A DNA stretch of 64,000 bases from Chlamydiota bacterium (GTDB taxonomy: Bacteria; Chlamydiota; Chlamydiia; Chlamydiales; SM23-39), in the NCBI GenBank assembly GCA_048498835.1, contig JBEHXF010000004.1:1307-65306 (forward strand), written 5' to 3'. Positions 37,067-45,463 of the stretch are shown piece after piece; position 1 is the first letter of the stretch; each line of letters opens with the position of its first letter. The position numbers and the translations under genes were made by a program. Under the pieces are notes generated by a model. The model was given only the letters and a program-made list of their open reading frames with translations. It searched no databases and was not told the DNA's origin.

Positions 37067-37702
37067 TTACCCGCGCTTAATCGATTTGCGAATATAGACG
37101 ATGCCGCTTCGTGCTCCAGGAACCGCACCTTCGATGAGAAGGAGATTCCCCTTAATCGCGACAACTCTTAAATTCTGAACTGTTTTTTGGTCTGCGCCCA
37201 TTCGAGAAGGCCGCTTTCCACCTGGGAAGCAACGACCCGGCGTCGATCTCATACCGGTCGAACCCATGTGCCGGTGGAACCCGGAACCGTGAGCAGCTGG
37301 ACCGCCAGACATCCTGTGTAGTTTAATAACGCCCTGGAAGCCCTTACCTTTAGATACGCCTTCCACATCGACGTATTTCGCGTCTGTAAAGACGGTTGCA
37401 TCGATTTGCTGGCCAACCTGGTATTGGTCGACTTCGTCAATTCGCGATTCGCGAATAACGCTGCAGGGTTCGACGTTGATTTTTGCAAAATGCCCTTTGA
37501 TCGGCTTTTTCGCGCGATTAGCTTGCGCTTTCGTCATGCGAAGGCCGCCCAATTGAACGCCGTTATAGCCGTGCGTTTCCTTACGCTTAATCTGAAGAAC
37601 GGTGTTAGGCTCAGCCAAAATGACCGTGCACACAACTAATTTTCCGTCCTTATCGAAGACCTGCGCCATCCCTTTCTTCTGGCCAATCAATGTCAGCGAC
37701 AT
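37067..37702 (-). CDS. rplC: 50S ribosomal protein L3
   Basis: 211 aa. ...ETHGYNGVQLG...GFQGVIKLH...GPAAHGS.FHRHMGSTG... It is the first gene of the cluster, and rpsJ is not adjacent. Confidence 0.94.
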   Translation of the reverse strand: MSLTLIGQKKGMAQVFDKDGKLVVCTVILAEPNTVLQIKRKETHGYNGVQLGGLRMTKAQANRAKKPIKGHFAKINVEPCSVIRESRIDEVDQYQVGQQIDATVFTDAKYVDVEGVSKGKGFQGVIKLHRMSGGPAAHGSGFHRHMGSTGMRSTPGRCFPGGKRPSRMGADQKTVQNLRVVAIKGNLLLIEGAVPGARSGIVYIRKSIKRG

Positions 37703-37942
37703 ACGTGTTCCTTATCTCAGTTTTTCTATCGTCAGATACGCAAGCCCCGCTCGCATGCTGCTTGCTGGGCGTCGCCTTTAGAAGGCTAGAACTTTCTAGC
37801 ACTCAAAAGATTAAGCGAAGAGCATAGCGAGTCAAACGGTTTTCGTTCAACTTCTTTCTTCGCTAACGCGCTTAACCCCATTTTTTGGGGTGGCATGCGT
37901 GAATTCGGGATTCGCCCTTACGGACGAGGATTCTTAAATATC

Positions 37943-37977
37943 CAGCCGTGAATCATATAGAAACACGGCTGTTTTTC
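37943..37977. terminator. hairpin between the Inc-like gene and the r-protein operon leader
   Basis: CAGCCGTG-(13 nt)-CACGGCTG. On the plus strand it is followed by TTTTT. On the minus strand it is followed only by GATATTT. It lies 12 nt downstream of the minus-strand stop at 37990. Confidence 0.4.
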
Positions 37978-37989
37978 ACAATTATTTTC

Positions 37990-38733
37990 TCAAACCAGCT
38001 GCATTTTTATTGCGTAGGGAGCGCTTTCAGCGTCAAATTCTGCTTTTAAACTTAAGATTGCGCTACCCAACCCAGCGACCAAGAAAGCAAGTGCCACCGG
38101 AGCCGAGAGAGCCATGCCGCAAACCATGGTTAAAATCGCTCCCACCCCTGCAATCGCTGCCAAAGCGAATTTAGCAACGCGATAGGCAAAAATAGAGAGC
38201 TGATCGCCCAGCAGACGATCCATTTCATCAGTTAAATTTTTTCCTGCCTTTATCGTTGAAAGAGCTTCCCACTGTTGATAAGAGGCGTAACAATCGATTG
38301 CATCCACTCCCGTCTTTAAAACAGTTCCAGCTGACAATAATTGTTTAGAAAACGCAGAGCTTGTCGACAACACTTCCAGAGCAAAGCAACCAACAGCCGC
38401 AGCATTCGCGCTATTGCGAACCGTCGTATCAACAATCGCCTGATTGAGCACCCCAGGCAACGCCGGTATTGCCATCACGTTACGGGCTGTGCTCGTCGCT
38501 CCCTGAACTTGCTTAGTCCAATCTACAACAGCCGCGCTCATAAACGGCGTTTGATCATTGACTTGCTGGGCAAATTTACAGCTTCTCATCACGGCGCCCA
38601 GCACATCTGTGGCACCTTTAGATTTTTCCAGAACCCGACCGAATCCCTCCAGCGAGCCATTTGCTAAAGCTTTATTTTGCGATACAACTACAGTTCCCTG
38701 AGTCGTGGTATGATTTCCAATAATTGCTGTCAT
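37990..38733 (-). CDS. Inc-like membrane protein A (C-terminal bilobed hydrophobic domain)
   Basis: 247 aa. Soluble N-region, then FALAAIAGVGAILTMVCGMAL-SAP-VALAFLVAGLGSAILSL (two hydrophobic lobes with a short loop). Paralogous to 39282-40031 (DAIDCYASYQQWEA vs DSIDAYEAANEWSDA; LTDEM vs LSDEM). SD AGGGA. Confidence 0.6.
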   Translation of the reverse strand: MTAIIGNHTTTQGTVVVSQNKALANGSLEGFGRVLEKSKGATDVLGAVMRSCKFAQQVNDQTPFMSAAVVDWTKQVQGATSTARNVMAIPALPGVLNQAIVDTTVRNSANAAAVGCFALEVLSTSSAFSKQLLSAGTVLKTGVDAIDCYASYQQWEALSTIKAGKNLTDEMDRLLGDQLSIFAYRVAKFALAAIAGVGAILTMVCGMALSAPVALAFLVAGLGSAILSLKAEFDAESAPYAIKMQLV

Positions 38734-38771
38734 ATGATTCCCTGTTAAATGAAGGGCGAAAAGATATCTTT

Positions 38772-39275
38772 TTACTTCGCTTTCTGTCTAGGAATTAAAA
38801 TTTTTTCTCGATCTTTGAGCAGGCGGCGACTTTTAAAACAGGTTAAATCGACATCATCATCTAGGATGAGGTGATTTTTGAGCTGAAAAAACCGAGTACC
38901 AACTGGCAAACGAAGAGTCTGATCATCTACGATCACCTCGATTTCTTTTAACCAGTCGATCGAAAGACTAGTCGAATCTAAAATCGGTTTTAGCAAAGAA
39001 ATTTCTCTTAAGTTTGCATCGCGCAGTGGCTGCGCTTTTTTGAGAACATCTCCCCAAGTCTGGCCTCTTTCGATTTCATAGACACCGGGCTTTCGGACAG
39101 CTCCTAATATTTCAATTTTAAGAATGGGAATAACAACAGAGGGCGTATCGAGAAGAGTAGATTGAATTTTTGCTAGAATAAAGAGAGAAACGAGAAGAAT
39201 CAGAAGGCTGCTCGTAAGCAGCCATTCTGAAGACCTAGCTGAAGACCTGGCTGAAGATCGCGCCGAGGTTTTCAC
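38772..39275 (-). CDS. SLBB (ComEA N-domain-like) protein with N-terminal TM anchor and an (SSAR)3 repeat
   Basis: 167 aa with a GTG start. The N-terminus reads KT-SARS-SARS-SARS, then the TM helix LLTSSLLILLVSLFILA. ILGAVRKPGVYEIERGQTWGDVLKKA matches the soluble-ligand-binding beta-grasp motif of ComEA/Wza-type proteins. No HhH DNA-binding tail was seen. Confidence 0.55.
   Translation of the reverse strand: MKTSARSSARSSARSSEWLLTSSLLILLVSLFILAKIQSTLLDTPSVVIPILKIEILGAVRKPGVYEIERGQTWGDVLKKAQPLRDANLREISLLKPILDSTSLSIDWLKEIEVIVDDQTLRLPVGTRFFQLKNHLILDDDVDLTCFKSRRLLKDREKILIPRQKAK
39227..39262. repeat. 3 x 12-bp in-frame tandem repeat (CTGAAGACCTAG / CTGAAGACCTGG / CTGAAGATCGCG)
   Basis: Read directly. 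It encodes the SSAR repeats at the N-terminus of the SLBB protein on the minus strand. Confidence 0.9.
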
Positions 39276-39281
39276 CTCAGT

Positions 39282-40031
39282 TTATGGGGCTGTAGGCAAG
39301 AGAAGTTGCTGTACAGCTGGCATCTCAAGCGGCGATTTGTAGGTCATATTCTCTTTGTAGAAATGACCCCAAAGAGCAAATACTGTGCTTGCCAAGGAGA
39401 TTGTCAAAAGAACAATCGGAGCTGCAATTGGAGCGCCGAGCATCAAAGCCAATACACCGAGAATCCCTGTTGCAAGAGCAGTAACTGCTTTGCAAAGCTT
39501 GAGGAAGTTATGTCTTTGTGTTTCGACCGCTGCTACTTGCATTTCATCGGAAAGATCGGTGCGTAAACCTAATTTTCTCGCATCAGACCACTCGTTCGCT
39601 GCTTCATAAGCATCAATGCTATCTGGAACTACGCTTACGATATCGCCCACATTTTTTACCGACTCCGAACCCGTGAATGTAAGGATCGAATAGCAAGAAG
39701 CTGCAATTAAGTCCGCCGTTTCGTGAACTGCGTGCATAATTTTTTTGGTGCTTGAAGTATCTTCCAAAGCTTCTTTTGCGGAGATAGCGAGGGTAACGTT
39801 GCGTGGAAAGATCAAGAGATTAGCTAATCGACCAAACGGCTCGCCAAATGTAGCGTATGAATTTTGGGTAGCACCTGCTAAATCGAGCCAACGAGCAACC
39901 TGGCTGGCACCCTTTGCTGTGCGGTAGATAATACCGGTATTTTGCGAAGCATCTTTAATCTGGCGCGTTACATCGGCTGCACGGTTGTTAATTTCCGGCA
40001 TGATCGTTTTGGGATTAGCGGCTACTGTCAT
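39282..40031 (-). CDS. Inc-like membrane protein B (C-terminal bilobed hydrophobic domain)
   Basis: 249 aa. AVTALATGILGVLALMLG-APIAAP-IVLLTISLASTVFALWG. Paralog of 37990-38733. SD AGGTGA. Confidence 0.6.
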   Translation of the reverse strand: MTVAANPKTIMPEINNRAADVTRQIKDASQNTGIIYRTAKGASQVARWLDLAGATQNSYATFGEPFGRLANLLIFPRNVTLAISAKEALEDTSSTKKIMHAVHETADLIAASCYSILTFTGSESVKNVGDIVSVVPDSIDAYEAANEWSDARKLGLRTDLSDEMQVAAVETQRHNFLKLCKAVTALATGILGVLALMLGAPIAAPIVLLTISLASTVFALWGHFYKENMTYKSPLEMPAVQQLLLPTAP

Positions 40032-40122
40032 GTCATCACCTAATTTTTTGAGTTCTTCTTAAAATCGCCAATATAATAAGCGACCCCACCATTCATGTAA
40101 AGACTTCTAAAAGAGTTGACAA

Positions 40123-41025
40123 CTAGAAAGTTGGGAAAGTTTTAAGACCTCGTAACCAGTCAGCCGCGCTCATTCGAGGCTTCCCCTCCGGCTGTACTTC
40201 AAGGAGCGTAAGGGAACCAGAGCCGCACGGTATAGTAAATTTTCCACTACCCACTTCGGCTCTAAAAATTTTTAACCGTTTCTTTTCTCCGTTCATCGTA
40301 ACCCAGCACCAGGCACCTGGTCTTGGAGAAAAGGCGCGAATGAGATTGTGGATCTCTTCCGGGCTTTTCGACCACTGAATCTCACCTTCTTCGGGCTCAA
40401 CTTTGGCCGCATACGTCACTAAATTAGGGTCTTGGGCTACAGCAGATGGAATCGCCTTCCGGTACTGATTCAAAACAGATAAGAGCAGTGGCTTAGAAAG
40501 ATCACAGAGGGCCTGCTCTAACTCACCAAAACTCATTTCACGCGGGATAGCCATTTTCGACTCAGCAATGACATCTCCTGCGTCGAGCTGTTTCACCATT
40601 TTTTGAATGGATACCCCAGTTTCCAAATCTCCATTCAACAAACATCGATGGATGGGCGCAGCGCCTCGGTATCTGGGTAGTAGGCTCGCATGGACATTGA
40701 TACAGCCAAGCGGGGGTATATCCAATAATTTTTGAGGCAGAATCTGACCAAAAGCGACGACGACATACAGATCAGCTTGCAAGGCTGAGATTTGTTCTAA
40801 AAATTCTGAATGAGACGACTTTTCAGGCTGAAAGATCGGCACATGTGGAATTTTCTTTTGAGCCAGCTCTTTCACTGGAGAGGCTGTCATAGCCAACGAG
40901 CGCCCTTTAGGACGATCGGGTTGTGTCACAATCCCCACAATAGGCACGAGATTCTCGACAAGATAGTCGAGAATCTCCGCCGCAAATACGGGTGTACCGA
41001 AGAAAATAATGGATGGATTTTTCAC
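40123..41025 (-). CDS. fmt: methionyl-tRNA formyltransferase
   Basis: ORF track 40123..41112. Start set at the GTG at 41025, giving a GTGA overlap with the lpxA stop ((M)KNPSIIFFGTPVFAAEIL). The upstream ORF part is Arg-rich nonsense. HASLLPRYRGAAPI motif. Confidence 0.92.
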   Translation of the reverse strand: MKNPSIIFFGTPVFAAEILDYLVENLVPIVGIVTQPDRPKGRSLAMTASPVKELAQKKIPHVPIFQPEKSSHSEFLEQISALQADLYVVVAFGQILPQKLLDIPPLGCINVHASLLPRYRGAAPIHRCLLNGDLETGVSIQKMVKQLDAGDVIAESKMAIPREMSFGELEQALCDLSKPLLLSVLNQYRKAIPSAVAQDPNLVTYAAKVEPEEGEIQWSKSPEEIHNLIRAFSPRPGAWCWVTMNGEKKRLKIFRAEVGSGKFTIPCGSGSLTLLEVQPEGKPRMSAADWLRGLKTFPTF

Positions 41026-41852
41026 TCTTCGAAATATTCTTCGTCTTCGTCTTGAGATCCTTTCGCCGTCACACCTTCTAAGCCGATTAGACCGCGCTTG
41101 GAATTGCGGCAAAAATCGATCCAGTGTTTGACTTCGGAGAACGGTTCGATCTCTTGCTCGATTTGCGCTATCGCATCTTCGAGATGGAGACCAGTTCGGT
41201 AAGTGATTTTAAAGGCTTTCGATAACGCAACCCGCACTTCAAGGGGGAATTTATGTCGTTTCAAGCCGATGATATTAATGCCGCCAAACTTATAAGGAAA
41301 ACCTCCACCGACAGTATAAGGAGGGATATCGCGCGGCACTCGGCTAAATCCACCAACCATAGCATGTTTGCCGATGCGTGAAAATTGATGAACAGGAGTC
41401 ATTCCGCCGATGATTGCACAATCTTCGATGATCACATGTCCTGCGAGCATTGCGCTATTCGACATAATCACGCGATTGCCGATTTCGCAATTGTGCGCCA
41501 CATGGCAATAAGCCATGATCAAACAATCATCACCGATGCGTACAACAGATCCTTCCTGACAGGATGAATTGATGGTGACAAATTCTCGAATTTCGCATCG
41601 TTTCCCAATCACCACATAGGTGGTTTCTCCTCGGAATTTCAAATCCTGAGGTTTGGTTCCGATGCTCGCTCCAGGCCAAATAACCGTTCCCTCTCCGATG
41701 GTCGTATTGCCATCGATATAGGCATGGGATTTGATGACCACGTTATCTGCGAGAGTGACAGTTCCTTTGACAACAGCGAATGCTTCAATGGTGACATTTT
41801 TGCCGAGTTTGGCTCCCGGCTCGACAATCGCTAGTGGGTGAATGTTAGACAT
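41022..41852 (-). CDS. lpxA: acyl-ACP--UDP-N-acetylglucosamine O-acyltransferase
   Basis: 276 aa. MSNIHPLAIVEPGAKLG, hexapeptide repeats, and GINIIGLKRHKF. Confidence 0.93.
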   Translation of the reverse strand: MSNIHPLAIVEPGAKLGKNVTIEAFAVVKGTVTLADNVVIKSHAYIDGNTTIGEGTVIWPGASIGTKPQDLKFRGETTYVVIGKRCEIREFVTINSSCQEGSVVRIGDDCLIMAYCHVAHNCEIGNRVIMSNSAMLAGHVIIEDCAIIGGMTPVHQFSRIGKHAMVGGFSRVPRDIPPYTVGGGFPYKFGGINIIGLKRHKFPLEVRVALSKAFKITYRTGLHLEDAIAQIEQEIEPFSEVKHWIDFCRNSKRGLIGLEGVTAKGSQDEDEEYFEE

Positions 41853-41876
41853 GCGTTTTTCGTTCTCGTTGCAGCG

Positions 41877-42344
41877 TTACAGTTGCTCTTTAGTTACTAA
41901 GGCAAAACTCAGCTCCGCTTCCGCTGCAAGCTGATCGCCAATCATGGCTTTTGCTTTGATTTTTCCACCGTTGCCGCTAATGTGAATTCCCTTAGCTTGG
42001 AGTGTTAAAACATCTCCAGGAGTTACAGGTTTGCGAAATTTCGCGCTAGCGATATTCAACAACACGGCAATTTTTTTATTGTATCCTTTTTGATGGACTA
42101 AAATGCCACCAGTTTGAGCGAGCGCCTCTAGGATTAAGACGCCTGGCATAATAGGGGCTCCTGGGAAGTGCCCTTGAAAAAACGGTTCGTTGTAAGTTAC
42201 GTTTTTGACCGCTGTGATTTCACTAGCCTCTAGATCGATGTGTATGACGCGATCGACCAGTAAAAAAGGATAGCGGTGAGGAAGAATCTCTTCTACCTGC
42301 TTACTCGTTAAGACAAACGAACGGTCGGGTGAATGTCCGCCCAT
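41877..42344 (-). CDS. fabZ: 3-hydroxyacyl-ACP dehydratase
   Basis: 155 aa. [13 protein letters not shown]...[25 protein letters not shown]. Confidence 0.96.
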   Translation of the reverse strand: MGGHSPDRSFVLTSKQVEEILPHRYPFLLVDRVIHIDLEASEITAVKNVTYNEPFFQGHFPGAPIMPGVLILEALAQTGGILVHQKGYNKKIAVLLNIASAKFRKPVTPGDVLTLQAKGIHISGNGGKIKAKAMIGDQLAAEAELSFALVTKEQL

Positions 42345-43217
42345 TTATGTTTTCTCCATGTTTGATTGAAACACTTTTCTCAATTCACGCGCAAACGCAG
42401 CGTTACTAGCATGTCCGGAGCGAATTGAAACGATATGCCCCTCAATGGGCGCTCCCAAAAGAGCTAGATCTCCAATGAGATCGAGTACCTTATGGCGCAC
42501 CATCTCATCGCGAAAACGAGCGCCACCCGGATTTAAAATCCGATTTCCTTGAATGACCAGCGCGTTATCCAATCCTCCGCCTTTGATGATCCCCTTTTCG
42601 ACAAAAGGAGCGATTTCTTCATAGAGCGAAAAAGTGCGACAAGATCCCAATTCCGTTTTATATAGAGTGGGATTTAGAGTAGCTGAAAAGTACTGAGAAC
42701 CGATGAGAGGAGATTGTGGATAATGAAGTGTGTAGCTAACGCGGTAATCTGACGCAGGAAGAGCAACTAAATGGGTATTCCCTTCTGACCAATAAATGGG
42801 CTGTTCGATTTTGAAAATCTTCTTCTTTGCAGTGAGCGTTTCCACTCCTGCTTCATCGAGCAAACGGACAAATTCAGAAGCGCTTCCATCGCCAGCCGGA
42901 ATTTCTGGTCCAGATAATTCAATACGGACATTATCGATCCCCATACCATAAACTGCCGACAAGAGATGTTCCACCATTTGAACTGAAGCGGCTCCTTTTG
43001 CGAGCAACGTACAACGCAGGGTCTGTTGAACATAATCGAGATCAGCACAGATTTCGGGTTTTCCAGGCAAATCAATTCGCTGGAAAACAATGCCCGTATC
43101 ATTTGCGGAAGGAAGAAGGGTTAACGAGACGCTTTGTCCCGTAAAAAGACCGATTCCAGAAAAACTAACTGGCTTGCGCAACGTAGTTTGTGGGAGATCG
43201 GAGCGTATTTCCTTCAA
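42345..43217 (-). CDS. lpxC: UDP-3-O-acyl-N-acetylglucosamine deacetylase
   Basis: 290 aa. QTTLRKPVSFSGIGLFTGQ...VEHLLSA...RHKVLDLIGDLAL...SGHASN. Confidence 0.94.
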   Translation of the reverse strand: MKEIRSDLPQTTLRKPVSFSGIGLFTGQSVSLTLLPSANDTGIVFQRIDLPGKPEICADLDYVQQTLRCTLLAKGAASVQMVEHLLSAVYGMGIDNVRIELSGPEIPAGDGSASEFVRLLDEAGVETLTAKKKIFKIEQPIYWSEGNTHLVALPASDYRVSYTLHYPQSPLIGSQYFSATLNPTLYKTELGSCRTFSLYEEIAPFVEKGIIKGGGLDNALVIQGNRILNPGGARFRDEMVRHKVLDLIGDLALLGAPIEGHIVSIRSGHASNAAFARELRKVFQSNMEKT

Positions 43218-43289
43218 ACCGCCCTCGAATCAAAAAAATCCATGGATGTTCGCTTAAAAACTATCAGAAAGGTAATCGAGGGTACTATA

Positions 43290-44948
43290 TTAGGGCAACT
43301 TTTTCTTCCGGAAGCGTGAAATCACAAGTACAGAAGCTAACAAAACGCTCAAACTAATGATCGGTAAATCTCCCCAAAAACGATACAAAGTTGGAATGGA
43401 GCGAATCGGAAGATCGAAAGCAATCGCTCCCGCTTTTAAATCTGTCATGTGAAAAGGTTCTATTCCTTTTCCAAAACAATTCACAGCGCCTGTGACACCC
43501 ATATTGCATGAACGAAGTAAGCACACTCCATTTTCCGCGGCGCGAATTTGGCCATGTTGATAATGTTGCCAAGGCAAAAAAGTCTCCGGAAACCAGACAT
43601 CGTTTGAAATACTGACGAAAACTTCCGCCCCTTCAACCCGCGCTTCTCTCACCAAATGACTGTACGTTTCTTCAGAACAAATTGAAATCCCGATAGGCAA
43701 TTTGCCTTGAAATACCTTTGCGTGAGCCCCTGGGCGAAACGAATCGGCAATGCCGAATAGATCCATGAGGACATCTGCCACAAATCGGGAACCACCAAAA
43801 GGAATGTATTCGCCCGCAGGAACTAACACTCTTTTTTCATAGCGGTTTAGCGATCGATCATTCGGCTTAAAGTGAAACGCCGCATTATAAGATGTCCCCG
43901 GTTCGTAATCAACTAAACCAACGATCACTTCCGACTGATAATAATTCGCAACTGCTTGCGCAAGGAATGCATTACTCACTCGCCAGCTACCATAATGAGA
44001 TTTATAGGCGTGGGGAGCTTCTAGCGGAGGAAGTGCATCTAAAGCTTTTGCTCCAAATGTTTGAATCCAAATTTGCTGCATCATTTCTAAAGGATAGGAA
44101 CCCTTTTTAGCTCCCAGTGGAACCGCTCCTTCTGGCATGACGATCAAATCAAAACGATCTCTCTTCGTGTTTTTTAAATGTCTTAAAATCCGCGCCCATT
44201 GTTCCGATGCCGGAATGTATGCGTCTGCTTTTTGATGATTATAATCCTTTTGCTCTGGTCTGTAGGCAGTTTGAACTAGGCCGATCGCCCAGGTTTTCTC
44301 CCCTTTTAAGTTCTTTTCCCAATAGCTTTGGTTGCAATAGCCAAATACAAAGGGAAGAGCGCCGCAGACTGCCCAAACAACCCATCGTTTCGTATCCCAA
44401 GCTCGAAGAGCTAACAAATTGACCCAGATTACCCAAAACGAAAGACCATAGATGCCAAACAAAGAGGCAAATTGAATGGACGCAGGATGCGCAGCTAAAG
44501 CCATCCCTACAGGATTCCAAGGAAACCCGGTTAATAAGTATAGACGCATCCATTCCATCACAACCCAAAATCCCGCTATGCCCAAACAAAGAGGAAGAGT
44601 AAGGGGCCGCCGGATCAACGCGCTCAAACATCCAAACTGAACTCCCATCGCAATGCATAAAGCGATGTAGACAATATAAATCAAAGGCCCCATGTAAACG
44701 GTAGACGCCATCCAGCTAATTTGAACTGCTTGAACAGCCGAAAACCAAACAACGGCGACCTTAAATCGATCGGCACGCTCTGCGGCGCAAAACCAAAAAA
44801 GAGCGTATCCAAACAGCGAAGCCAATACGCCAGCTGTCCCGCTCCAGGCCGATTGACCAAAAGCGACGATTGCCCAGCTAATGAATAGCTTAAGGGAATT
44901 TAAGCGAACTGCCGAAATCATCATTTTTTGCCGGAGATTGCGCGCCAT
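43290..44948 (-). CDS. lnt: apolipoprotein N-acyltransferase
   Basis: 552 aa. N-terminal polytopic membrane domain plus a C-terminal CN-hydrolase domain (ISICSEETY, NDVWF). The start is uncertain (alternatives at 44924 and 44921). It overlaps the upstream DoxX gene. Confidence 0.88.
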   Translation of the reverse strand: MARNLRQKMMISAVRLNSLKLFISWAIVAFGQSAWSGTAGVLASLFGYALFWFCAAERADRFKVAVVWFSAVQAVQISWMASTVYMGPLIYIVYIALCIAMGVQFGCLSALIRRPLTLPLCLGIAGFWVVMEWMRLYLLTGFPWNPVGMALAAHPASIQFASLFGIYGLSFWVIWVNLLALRAWDTKRWVVWAVCGALPFVFGYCNQSYWEKNLKGEKTWAIGLVQTAYRPEQKDYNHQKADAYIPASEQWARILRHLKNTKRDRFDLIVMPEGAVPLGAKKGSYPLEMMQQIWIQTFGAKALDALPPLEAPHAYKSHYGSWRVSNAFLAQAVANYYQSEVIVGLVDYEPGTSYNAAFHFKPNDRSLNRYEKRVLVPAGEYIPFGGSRFVADVLMDLFGIADSFRPGAHAKVFQGKLPIGISICSEETYSHLVREARVEGAEVFVSISNDVWFPETFLPWQHYQHGQIRAAENGVCLLRSCNMGVTGAVNCFGKGIEPFHMTDLKAGAIAFDLPIRSIPTLYRFWGDLPIISLSVLLASVLVISRFRKKKLP

Positions 44949-45372
44949 ACAGGATAACCATCATCAGTCCTCCTAGGATCGCAAGATTTTTCAAAAACAT
45001 CATTTGTTGCACATCGCGAAGGCCACCATCGACAAACCAAAATTGATGGATCAAAATGGTTGTTGGAAGGAGAAAAAGAATGAGCAAAGAGGCCCCTAAT
45101 TTTTCTCTGACTCCCAGTAATAATAACAGCCCGCCAACAAGTTCTAACAGTGTCGCCAAAATCAATAATAGTGGCGACCAAGGGGTCAGAGCGGCAAAGC
45201 AATTTTGAGCGCTTTCTGAAAATCCCATGTAGCCTTGCCAGTCACAAAGAACATTCATCAACATTTTTTCACTCTCATGCCAATGAAATATTTTATTTAC
45301 ACCAGCCGTCAAAAAGATGGCGCTCAAAAAAAATCTAGCCAATACCGTTGCAGCAACCCGAATAATCCGCAT
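44890..45372 (-). CDS. DoxX family membrane protein
   Basis: 160 aa with 4 TM helices. ARFFLSAIFLTAGVNKIFHW is the typical DoxX N-terminus. Confidence 0.7.
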   Translation of the reverse strand: MRIIRVAATVLARFFLSAIFLTAGVNKIFHWHESEKMLMNVLCDWQGYMGFSESAQNCFAALTPWSPLLLILATLLELVGGLLLLLGVREKLGASLLILFLLPTTILIHQFWFVDGGLRDVQQMMFLKNLAILGGLMMVILYGAQSPAKNDDFGSSLKFP

Positions 45373-45463
45373 AGGACCTTCCTCAACTGAAATCTACAGG
45401 ATCGCAAAATAAATCATATTTTTCTAGATAACCGAGCCCCAAGTCAGTAAAATAACAGCCCGC

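Noticed and set aside
25603-37702. Absence of rpsJ (S10), rpsN (S14), rpmD (L30), rpmJ (L36), infA, adk and map from the r-protein/secY cluster.
   Set aside because: The gaps are too small to hide these genes: 27 nt between rplE and rpsH, an overlap between rpsE and rplO, and 71 nt between secY and rpsM. As I recall, the same reduced layout is normal for Chlamydia, so it is a lineage trait and not a deletion.
37943-37977. Textbook-looking plus-strand intrinsic terminator (8-bp stem followed by TTTTT).
   Set aside because: There is no plus-strand gene upstream to terminate. I keep it only as a hairpin that may act, weakly, on the minus-strand Inc-like transcript.
39227-39262. Tandem 12-mers considered as a possible CRISPR or other non-coding array.
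   Set aside because: There are only three units with no spacers, and they are in frame inside an ORF. This is a coding micro-repeat.
43222-43283. CCCTCGA ... TCGAGGG complementary 7-mers in the lpxC-lnt intergenic region.
   Set aside because: The loop is about 48 nt and the stem is only 7 bp. Such a structure is unlikely to be stable and could easily occur by chance.
44890-44948. 59-nt overlap between the DoxX gene 3' end and the annotated lnt start.
   Set aside because: This is most likely an over-extended lnt ORF, since in-frame ATGs at 44924 and 44921 are alternatives. I see no evidence of anything beyond start-site ambiguity.
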